Assembly (NCBI GenBank): GCA_965222115.1
Contig: CBDCTJ010000001.1
Location: 591,638-655,637, forward strand
Direction of reading: 5' to 3'
Origin: Planctomycetota bacterium
GTDB lineage: Bacteria > Planctomycetota > PLA2 > JAEUHO01
Length of the DNA: 64,000 nucleotides
The translations under genes were made by a program, and so were the position numbers. Below, piece after piece: positions 27,168 through 35,626 of the stretch (the first letter of the stretch is position 1; every line of letters begins with the position of its first letter). The notes under the pieces were generated by a model. It had not been told where the DNA came from. It searched no databases and saw only the letters and a program-made list of their open reading frames with translations.

Positions 27168-28724
27168 CTACTTCGCACCCTTCGACGCCGGCTTGGCACG
27201 CATCTTCGGATGGGGCACAACGGCGGGCCAACGGATGGAAACCGACGTACCGCGACCGGGTGTACTCGATAGCGTCATAGCGCCGCCGGAAGCATGTACG
27301 ATTTCGCGGACGAGATAGAGTCCGAGTCCCGAGCCACCGGGTTTGTCGGTGAAGAAGGGCTCGAACACTTTGGCTTGAACGTCTTCGGGAATGCCAGGTC
27401 CACTATCGCGAATGGTGACCTTGACGCTGCGCCGCATACGGCGTACTTGCAGGGTGATGGTGCCGCGTCGTGCTGCTGCGCTTGGTTCGGGTTCCGTGCC
27501 TTTTCCATTGGTTGGGACGTGAGCCGCGGCGGGCATCACGGTTTCGTGTGTGCCACGAATGGCGTCGAGTGCGTTCTCAACCACGTTGAGCAATACACGT
27601 CGAACTTGATTGGGATCCACGGAGATCTCGTGGTTGCCGTCATCGCGGCGCACGCGCATGGTTACGCCCACGTCCGCCGCACGCGATTCGAGCTCTTCGG
27701 TAAACGATGCCACGGTGTCGCCGAGATCGAGGACTTTGGGTTCCGCGCCGCCGATCTTAGAGAGCGCGAGGTAGTGCGTAATGATCTGATTGAGACGCTC
27801 AATCTCTTCGCGAATGGCCTGCAGGGTGGGTGCGATGGCGCGGCGTGTGGCGTCGTCAGCCTCCAGCTCGTCTTCCAAGAGATCCGTTGATATGAATAAC
27901 GAGTTGAGCGGATTACGAAACTCGTGTGCCACGCTACCGGCGATTTTTGCCATCGCGGAGAGCTTCTCCGTTTCGATGAGACGCTCTTTGATGTGTTGCA
28001 CTTCGGTCAAGTCATGAAACACAAATAGGTAGCGCTCCCGGTCGGGATCTTTCTTTGACGCGCGATTGTTGTTTGGTGAATTGTTTCCTTTGGATGTGTC
28101 TTTCTTGGATACGTCTTTGGATTGGCTTGAACTGCCCACCTCACCACTGTCGGGCAGGCGCGATGCAAACATGCGTACCGGCACCGACTCGCCACCGGAG
28201 CGACGCAACATGAGCTCACGCCCCCGTATCGCTCCGCGCTGGTCAAGATCGCTAAGAATCGTTCGGTATGTCTCGCCGTTCTCGAAGATCGAACGCAGCC
28301 CACGACGCCCGACTTCCCAGCGCTTGCGACCGGTCAAGCGCGCCGCGGCAGCACTCCAGCGGGCAAGCCGACCCGATGCGCGCACCGTCACAACGGCATC
28401 GGGCGTTGCACGCAACAAATGGTCCCAATGCAGCTCCCCGGGTGCTGGCAACGGCGCACCTTCCGACTTACGACGTCGCGACGATTTTCGCTTCTTCTTA
28501 CGATCGCTGGCCTTGCGGTCATTCGCTTTGCGTTCGCCGGCCTTTCGATCACTTGCCTTGCGGTTCGCCCGTTTCTGATCGGGCGCGCGTCGAGCTGCGG
28601 TCTTCTGATCCTTCTTCTTGTCCCTCTTCTTGTCCTCGTTCGGCGCCTTCCGCTCGGCCACGTTTCCCTCAGTGGACTTGCGCTCCCCTGCCTTGTTCGA
28701 ACTCTTGGATCGGGCAGATGCCAT
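27168..28724 (-). CDS. PAS sensor histidine kinase
   Basis: PAS domain, AHEFRNPL H-box, NALDA, DSGPG, FEPFFT, GSGLGL; basic low-complexity N-terminus. Confidence 0.95.
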   Translation of the reverse strand: MASARSKSSNKAGERKSTEGNVAERKAPNEDKKRDKKKDQKTAARRAPDQKRANRKASDRKAGERKANDRKASDRKKKRKSSRRRKSEGAPLPAPGELHWDHLLRATPDAVVTVRASGRLARWSAAAARLTGRKRWEVGRRGLRSIFENGETYRTILSDLDQRGAIRGRELMLRRSGGESVPVRMFASRLPDSGEVGSSSQSKDVSKKDTSKGNNSPNNNRASKKDPDRERYLFVFHDLTEVQHIKERLIETEKLSAMAKIAGSVAHEFRNPLNSLFISTDLLEDELEADDATRRAIAPTLQAIREEIERLNQIITHYLALSKIGGAEPKVLDLGDTVASFTEELESRAADVGVTMRVRRDDGNHEISVDPNQVRRVLLNVVENALDAIRGTHETVMPAAAHVPTNGKGTEPEPSAAARRGTITLQVRRMRRSVKVTIRDSGPGIPEDVQAKVFEPFFTDKPGGSGLGLYLVREIVHASGGAMTLSSTPGRGTSVSIRWPAVVPHPKMRAKPASKGAK

Positions 28725-28851
28725 AGATAGGAACGCTCCGATGTGTTGCGTTTTAGAAACACACAGCGAACGCCAGCGCGCAAGCCTACGACCGAGGATA
28801 CACGGGACGAGCCGCAAGCGGTATCCTCGACTCGTTCATTTGGAGCCCTGT

Positions 28852-30708
28852 ATGTTGACCAACACGTCCCGCGCAGAAGGACATCGGCAATGCCTAAGGG
28901 CGCTGCCACTTGGCATCCTGCTCATGCTATTGACGTATTCAAGCGTCGAAGCACGGGAAGGCGACGGCTTTGCATCACTTCGGGGAGCACTTCACCGTGG
29001 ACAGCCCGTTGCGCTGGGAAGCGCCATTGCAAGGAGCAGCCAACCGGAGGACCTCCTCACGCTGGCGCGCATCGCGTTTCGGGCGTCATCAAGCGATGCC
29101 CTCAATGCCCTTCGAGTCAAGCTTGAAGCGCTGGAAGAAGAAGGCCATGCCAGCAGTGCGGCCGACGTCGCGGTGGGGTTTACGAGTTTGGGGTTGGCCA
29201 AGGTGCAAATGGCCGATGAGACGCAGCAGGGATCTGACTTAAGTCTACTGCTCGCAGACGCTGTTACCCGCGCCAAGCGGGTCATAGAAAAAGAGAGCGA
29301 TCCCCGCCATGCACTGCATCAACTCGCCGTGTTGTTGCTGGCCGAAGTGCGCCTCGCGGAGGGGTCGTTGTCGGGGCTCGACGTTGTTGAATCGCATGCG
29401 AAGGCATTCAAGGAGAATGAGTCCCAGCGTATCCCTGAGTTGGATGCTTACGAAGCCCGCGTGCTTTACGCGCGCGCAGTTGGGCGACCGCTTGTGAAAC
29501 GCGCGCTCAGTCCGGTGGCTGCTAAAGAGTATTCACGTGCGGCTTCCCTTGCCCGTCGCACGCTCGATGCCATGTCGTCTCCCAACGTGTTGAGTACGCC
29601 AACAATGCGCGAGGCACTCGGCCTTCGGGAAGCGTGGTCGCATCATCGCCTTTACGCGTTTGAAGCTGCGGAACGCGCATACCGCGCGGTGTGGGCCACC
29701 GGCGAGAAGCCAACCGATCGCGCGCGCACGTTCGCCATTCGCGGGCTCACACGTCTTTATGGGAATCGCCCCAAGCAACTCGATGCAGCCCTCTCCAAGC
29801 TCGTTACCGCTGAGGGCACCGTGGCATCCGATGCGGCACGTGCGTTGGTCAAGGCGCGCATAGCACGGGGTGCGTTGGGCGGCGCCTTGCGTGCCGCGCA
29901 GTCATTCGCGTCTGAGCAACCGGGACCGGAAGCAACGCTACTTACCGGCAATGTGTTTCAGGCCATGAAGCAATGGCATGAAGCACGGGCACACTATGAA
30001 CGCGCCTACAAGCAGGACCCTTCGTCGAAAGATGCCCTACATGCCTTGGAGCTGTTGGCGCGCGCCATGGTCCCCAGTGCTCCCGAACGCGCTGTCGAGA
30101 TTTACGAAAGTCTGCTTGCGCGACGCCCAAACGACATTTACTTGCGCAACAATCTGGGGTTCATCCTACGCGACTTGGTAACACCGCACACACGCATGGC
30201 CAAGGGCAACCGACAGGTATTGCGTTCGGATGCACCCAAGAAAGCCCATGACCATCTCAAACGCTGCGTGGAGGTGTACAGCGAGGCCGTTGATCTGATT
30301 GATCCCGCGCTGGATGGTGAACGCGAACTTGAGGTTGACTGGGACTATGCGGGCATCATTAACGACTTGGCGTTGATCCTGCATTACTTCGTGGACGTGG
30401 AGGCGCCCCTTGAAGCCGAAGCGCTCTACCACCGCGCCTTGCGCATGACCGAGTTTGGCTTCAAAGACACCTACAGCCCGAATCTGCAACGGCTCTACCG
30501 CTTCGTGCTGAAAGACCGCACCTACGTGTGGTGGAAGACCGCGAAGGTGGCCAAGGAATCGATTCTCATGGAGCAGCGTGATGCACGCGGCACACTGGAG
30601 TTGGTCCCCGACGAACGCAAACGCGCGGCGGCCACGCGCGACGAGGCAGCACTTCGGAAGATTCTGCTTGACGAACTCACGGGTGCGAACGACGGGGACG
30701 ACCGTTAG
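28852..30708 (+). CDS. Secreted TPR-repeat protein
   Basis: GGAG RBS, signal-like helix, TPR-like repeats; C-terminus resembles the next gene (NNxGxxLRD). Confidence 0.8.
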   Translation: MLTNTSRAEGHRQCLRALPLGILLMLLTYSSVEAREGDGFASLRGALHRGQPVALGSAIARSSQPEDLLTLARIAFRASSSDALNALRVKLEALEEEGHASSAADVAVGFTSLGLAKVQMADETQQGSDLSLLLADAVTRAKRVIEKESDPRHALHQLAVLLLAEVRLAEGSLSGLDVVESHAKAFKENESQRIPELDAYEARVLYARAVGRPLVKRALSPVAAKEYSRAASLARRTLDAMSSPNVLSTPTMREALGLREAWSHHRLYAFEAAERAYRAVWATGEKPTDRARTFAIRGLTRLYGNRPKQLDAALSKLVTAEGTVASDAARALVKARIARGALGGALRAAQSFASEQPGPEATLLTGNVFQAMKQWHEARAHYERAYKQDPSSKDALHALELLARAMVPSAPERAVEIYESLLARRPNDIYLRNNLGFILRDLVTPHTRMAKGNRQVLRSDAPKKAHDHLKRCVEVYSEAVDLIDPALDGERELEVDWDYAGIINDLALILHYFVDVEAPLEAEALYHRALRMTEFGFKDTYSPNLQRLYRFVLKDRTYVWWKTAKVAKESILMEQRDARGTLELVPDERKRAAATRDEAALRKILLDELTGANDGDDR

Positions 30709-30760
30709 GGGTTCGTGTACAGTCGCCGCTACCCAATTCAAGGGTCCAGGAGATCACCTC

Positions 30761-32506
30761 ATGAACACGTCAAACGATGCATCGCGCTCCGGCATCTGGG
30801 GCCTCAAGCTCGGCACTGTCCTCATTGCGCTCATGGTTTTGACGTCGCCGGCATGGGCGAAGACGGTTGCCAAAGGGGAAAAGGCGCTTGCCGAAGGGAA
30901 GTGGGCCGAAGCCGCCGAGGCCTTCGCTGCTGTCGCCGAAAAGGATGCCACCGACAAGCAAGCGGTGTTGGGACTCGCCAAGGCGGCGCGTGAAGGGAAG
31001 CTGGCAGATCACCTCGTCACGGCCACCGAGCTCCTCGTTGGGCTTCGGGAATCGGCTCCCAAGGACTTAGAGCTCGCGATTGCAACCGGCGAAACATTCT
31101 TGGCCCGAGGACTTGCGGCAGGTGCAAGTGATCCGGAGGCACTTCGTTACGCCTTGGCCGATGCAAAGAGCGCCTTCGAGGATGCGATTGCTATTGATCC
31201 GGATAGTGAGGCGGGTCATGTAGGCGCTGCGCAGGTTGCATTTCAGGGCGCCGAGTTTGATCAGGCACTCAAGATCTTGGATGGTTTCTTGAATAAGAAT
31301 CCCGATAAGCCGGGTCGTGCGCTTTACTGGCAGGGCAAGGTGTACTACTTGCGTGCTGGCGATGCCCACCGCGCAGCGGGGTCCAAGTTCCCCTTGGCGG
31401 AGAACGTCCGCAAACTCTACGTGAAGGCGAAGGCGGCCTTTGATGCCAGCGTATTGAAAGATCCCAACAACTTCGACGCGCAGATGCAGTTGGCCTATGC
31501 GTCGCAGATCTTGGGCGACCAACCCACGGCGGCAACCGCTTACGAGAAGGCACTTGCACTCGATCCCAAGAGCCAACTTCCGCTCAAGGGCTTTAGTGCA
31601 CTTTACACTCATAAGCCCGAAAAGTACGTTGAGACGCTCACGCGGCTTAGCAAGGCCTATCCCAAGAACGCCGTTGTGTTTTATCACCTCGGCTATCACC
31701 ACGTGCGCGGCAAGCGCTGGAGCGACGCAGTCCCCCACTTTTCTAAGTCGATTGACTTGGCCAGCAACGATCTATTCAAGGCCGAAGCCAATTTCTATCT
31801 CGGGTGGTGCTACGACCAGTTGAATCAGAAAGAGAAGGCGATCAAAGCCTTTGAGTCCACCCTCAAAGCCAACCCCAACCACGCCTACGCACCGGTGCGA
31901 CTTGAAAAGTTTATCATGGCCGACGTGGCGCCTTCCGGCGGCAAGGCATTGGATCTCGATGGCGGCAAGCGCGCACTCAAGGCCTACGAACGACTCACGG
32001 AGATGGCGCCCAAGAACGTGGACATTCGCAACAACATCGGACTCATGCTGCGCGACGCCTATGAGCAAAATGGCCAATCCAGCAAGTACGAGGGCCTATT
32101 GAAGGCCTCCACAAAGTTCTATACGGAGGCAAGTGACCTCATTGGCGAGTGGAACCCCGATATGGAAGAGCAGGTGCCGTTCGCCACGCGTTACGGTCAT
32201 GCACAGGTCATTAGCGACACCGGCCTGATGTATCAGTTCTATAAGCCAACGCGCGACTACGCGAAGGCCGAGGCGTACTACTCACGCGCGCTTGAGTTCA
32301 GTTCCGACGGCTACTACGACGCGTTCAACAACCTCTCAAAGATCTACACCGAGCAGAAGAAATGGGACGAACTCTACGACCTATGTGCTGCTTGCGAAGA
32401 AACGCTCGTTGCCAACGGAAAGGGGGCACCCCACAACGTCGGCCGCGCCCAAGCCAAATCCATCATGAAACGCTTGGTCTCGGAGGGTAAGGTCGAAGGC
32501 GAATAG
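30761..32506 (+). CDS. Secreted TPR-repeat protein
   Basis: AGGAG RBS, AWA signal cleavage site, many TPR units. Confidence 0.9.
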   Translation: MNTSNDASRSGIWGLKLGTVLIALMVLTSPAWAKTVAKGEKALAEGKWAEAAEAFAAVAEKDATDKQAVLGLAKAAREGKLADHLVTATELLVGLRESAPKDLELAIATGETFLARGLAAGASDPEALRYALADAKSAFEDAIAIDPDSEAGHVGAAQVAFQGAEFDQALKILDGFLNKNPDKPGRALYWQGKVYYLRAGDAHRAAGSKFPLAENVRKLYVKAKAAFDASVLKDPNNFDAQMQLAYASQILGDQPTAATAYEKALALDPKSQLPLKGFSALYTHKPEKYVETLTRLSKAYPKNAVVFYHLGYHHVRGKRWSDAVPHFSKSIDLASNDLFKAEANFYLGWCYDQLNQKEKAIKAFESTLKANPNHAYAPVRLEKFIMADVAPSGGKALDLDGGKRALKAYERLTEMAPKNVDIRNNIGLMLRDAYEQNGQSSKYEGLLKASTKFYTEASDLIGEWNPDMEEQVPFATRYGHAQVISDTGLMYQFYKPTRDYAKAEAYYSRALEFSSDGYYDAFNNLSKIYTEQKKWDELYDLCAACEETLVANGKGAPHNVGRAQAKSIMKRLVSEGKVEGE

Positions 32507-32545
32507 CCTTCGCCAATTGGACACGAGAGAACGCGAAACGCCCGA

Positions 32546-33475
32546 TTACCTACCCGCTGCGGCTCCGAGGTCCCTTTCGCCGCGATCGCCATTGCCCAAC
32601 GGTCGCACGGTGCGGTCTTCTTGGGAGTTGGCGCTCGCTCTACGCGCGGCAATACGGCCGAGCGCAGAGAACGAACTAATCGTTTCCGTGCCTGGCATCT
32701 GCGGCCAATTGGCACCACCGGAGAGCCAAAGCTCAGCACCCGCTTCTTGGGCCAGCCTTGAGACGCTACCGAGGCGCACGGCCAACCCCGCAGCATCCGC
32801 GGTGACGTCCGACACGAGCACCACCACGTGTGGCTGCTGCCCTTCAATCATCTGCTCGATGTTCTCGGGCTCGGTGGCGACGCCCATTTCAAGCACCGTG
32901 TAACCACGCTCGCGCAACACGGTCTCCGCGAGACAAAGAAGAACACTTCCAATCTCGCCGCCGGGGCTCGCAAGCAACGCGACAGGAGCGCCCATGCGCG
33001 GACGAAGTCGTCCCGCAGCACGCAAGCAGGCGCGCACAAAACTACTCTGAAGCGCACGCCAGGTGCCTTCCTTCAATCGGCCCTCGTGGTGGCGACGTCG
33101 CAGTCCGTGGAGAAACTCGGCAAGTACGGCGTCGGCCGCTTGTCCCCAATCCGACGCATTTGCACGTAGCGCGAGGAGAGCGGCTTCCATGCGATCCGGA
33201 TCCACCAATGTGTTCGCGCGATCGAGCCACTCGCGCGGCGCGCCCAACCGTAGACTCAAGTGCCCCGTGGAACGGCCCATGCCAGCACGCGGATCAACCA
33301 GCGCACGAAAGTCCATAATGACGCTGCGAAGGAAGCGTCGGTGGCCGCCGGGTGTGCGCGTGTGGGGAATTCGTCCTTGATCACTCCAGCGCTTGAGCGT
33401 TGTGGGGCCGACGCCCAAAAGCCGCGCAGCTTCGGGAAGGGTGATCACGTCGGACGGGCTAGGGTCATTTGCCAT
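32546..33475 (-). CDS. MerR-type HTH plus cobalamin-binding-like domain regulator (CarH/LitR-like)
   Basis: EAARLLGVGPTTLKRW..RTPGGHRRF; C-terminal Rossmann-like domain GYTVLEMG..LSGG. Confidence 0.8.
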   Translation of the reverse strand: MANDPSPSDVITLPEAARLLGVGPTTLKRWSDQGRIPHTRTPGGHRRFLRSVIMDFRALVDPRAGMGRSTGHLSLRLGAPREWLDRANTLVDPDRMEAALLALRANASDWGQAADAVLAEFLHGLRRRHHEGRLKEGTWRALQSSFVRACLRAAGRLRPRMGAPVALLASPGGEIGSVLLCLAETVLRERGYTVLEMGVATEPENIEQMIEGQQPHVVVLVSDVTADAAGLAVRLGSVSRLAQEAGAELWLSGGANWPQMPGTETISSFSALGRIAARRASANSQEDRTVRPLGNGDRGERDLGAAAGR

Positions 33476-33917
33476 TTCTGCTACCTCGCGGCTTGCTACC
33501 TATTCGTGGTCGCATCTTCACGTCTAAAGTCCCTCGCAATCAAAGGGCCCAAATCCACCGAATCCTTCAAAACTTCTCTCATAATTGGATTATCGGCCTC
33601 GTGAGGCGATTTTCTGCAGCAATTCATACCGTCTCACACGAACTCAAGATGAGGAATTGACTAACGAAACTCGCTTGCACAATCTCATTTGTACCATTAG
33701 CGCACCACAAATTGCTCGTTGATTGGGAATATGAACTCGGAACACATAATTCAGTATGAAACGGCGCTGAGCGGCGCCCCTCATGGGCGATTCAGTAATG
33801 GACTCGCGTCGGACGTTTTTTGCTCGACCGAAGATTGGCGCGAATCCACTGTCTAGCCTGGACTGTTCATGACTAGTCCGGGTTAGGAACGGCATCGGTT
33901 GCGTGCGGAGGGACGGC

Positions 33918-35057
33918 ATGGACAAGGACATGACGAGAGGCGCAACGGACGGCGCCAACCTCCGTACAACCTCGCGAGCCGTAAATCGCGGCCTGCTCTT
34001 TTTCGCGCTCACGGGCATCGCGGTGTGGGCATTTGGCCTGCTGGTGTGGCCGTTTATCAAACCCATCGCATGGGCACTTTGCTTGGCGGCCATCTCACTC
34101 AAACCCTACTACTGGCTGGCGAAGACCTGGCGTAAACCTCGCCTCGCAGCATTCGTGATGACGGTCGTGACGGCGCTGATGGTAGTCGGTCCCATTGCGT
34201 TTGTGTCGTACCTCGTGCTGGATGAAGCCCAGAGCATTGATCTGACATCGAGCATCAAGGATCTAGAAGATGCCCAGGGCGAGTGGACCACCAAAATCGA
34301 CACCGTTCTGAAGAAGGTTGGCCTGCCCGGCCTCGATGACATTACCAAAGAGGTTGAAAAGGACCTCCCTGCAATGGTCATGCGCGTGATCACGGGACCT
34401 GTTCGAGACACGGCATTTTCCGTCATCATGAGCCCCTTCGTGTTTCTTTTAAGCTTCGCGGTCATGCTCGCAACCCAGTACTTCATTTATCTGGAGTCGA
34501 GTAGGCTCCGCCGCATGGCGCACGACCTGTCGCCCCTGGCAAATGACGATACCGATCTGATTCTGGCCAACCTCCGCGAGACAACCGCCAGTGCAATTAT
34601 CGGAACTGTATTGGTGGCTGCCATTCAAGGGGCGCTGGGTGGCATTGGGTTTGCCATTGCCGGCATTCAGTCGCCGGTGATGTGGTCGGTGGTCATGGCC
34701 GCCGCATCGCTTATTCCATTCGTTGGATGTGCGGTGGTTTGGGTCCCCGCCGTGATCTACCTCTTTGCCACGGGCGACACGAGCATGGCGTGGTTCTTGT
34801 TGGGCTGGTCAGCCATTGTCGTTGGCAGTGCGGACAACTTCTTGCGGCCCTGGATTATGACGAAAACGGGCGCCAAAGACATTCATCCCATGCTCTTGTT
34901 CTTTGCCATCCTCAGTGGGATCGGCCTTTTTGGCATTAGCGGCATCGTCTTTGGTCCACTGTTGCTCGCGCTCTTGCTCACGCTCGTTCTCATTTACCGC
35001 GAACACCTATCGGAAGTGCCCGCGTTGACGTTCGCGAAGAATGCGCCCGAATCATGA
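33918..35057 (+). CDS. AI-2E family transporter
   Basis: Multi-TM; IPFVG, DNFLRP, IHP..GIGLFG..GPL motifs. Confidence 0.9.
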   Translation: MDKDMTRGATDGANLRTTSRAVNRGLLFFALTGIAVWAFGLLVWPFIKPIAWALCLAAISLKPYYWLAKTWRKPRLAAFVMTVVTALMVVGPIAFVSYLVLDEAQSIDLTSSIKDLEDAQGEWTTKIDTVLKKVGLPGLDDITKEVEKDLPAMVMRVITGPVRDTAFSVIMSPFVFLLSFAVMLATQYFIYLESSRLRRMAHDLSPLANDDTDLILANLRETTASAIIGTVLVAAIQGALGGIGFAIAGIQSPVMWSVVMAAASLIPFVGCAVVWVPAVIYLFATGDTSMAWFLLGWSAIVVGSADNFLRPWIMTKTGAKDIHPMLLFFAILSGIGLFGISGIVFGPLLLALLLTLVLIYREHLSEVPALTFAKNAPES

Positions 35058-35068
35058 ACGCAGCCACG

Positions 35069-35590
35069 TCATGATCGCAGCGCAAGCGTAACGCCCTCAA
35101 GTTCAAGCAGCGCCCGTTTGGTATCGACGCCGCCGGGCGCCGAAAAGCCACAGAGTTTTCGATTCGCTGCTACCACGCGATGGCACGGCACATAGAGCGG
35201 TAGCGGATTGCGCGAACAGGCCCCCCCAACAACGCGCGCGGCACGGGGCTTTCGAATGGCCTTTGCAACGGCACCGTAGGTGCGCACTTGCCCGCGGGGG
35301 ATCTTTCGCAGTTGTTTCCAGATGCGCGTATCGGTGCCGTTGTCAGGAAGGACGACGGGGAAGGCCAGTTCGCGTTTGGATCCCTCGAAGTAGCGCTCGA
35401 TGGCACGTCCCGCGCCAGTGGTCATGGCACTGGCACGCTTGAAGGCGGCTTCGGGGTACTGCTTCTTCACCGCCGCCTGCAAACGATCCACGTCGCCGCC
35501 GATTTGAATGCGAATCACGCCACTGGACGTACCCGCAATGAGGACGGGGCCAATGGGCGTCTTGCGAACGCGCGTCATGTGAACGTGCAT
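35069..35590 (-). CDS. ogt: Methylated-DNA-[protein]-cysteine S-methyltransferase
   Basis: IPRGQVRTYG, ARVVG, NPLPLYVPCHRVV. Confidence 0.93.
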   Translation of the reverse strand: MHVHMTRVRKTPIGPVLIAGTSSGVIRIQIGGDVDRLQAAVKKQYPEAAFKRASAMTTGAGRAIERYFEGSKRELAFPVVLPDNGTDTRIWKQLRKIPRGQVRTYGAVAKAIRKPRAARVVGGACSRNPLPLYVPCHRVVAANRKLCGFSAPGGVDTKRALLELEGVTLALRS

Positions 35591-35626
35591 GCGTCCCTCT
35601 TTCTATGATCGATTTGCAGAGCGCGC

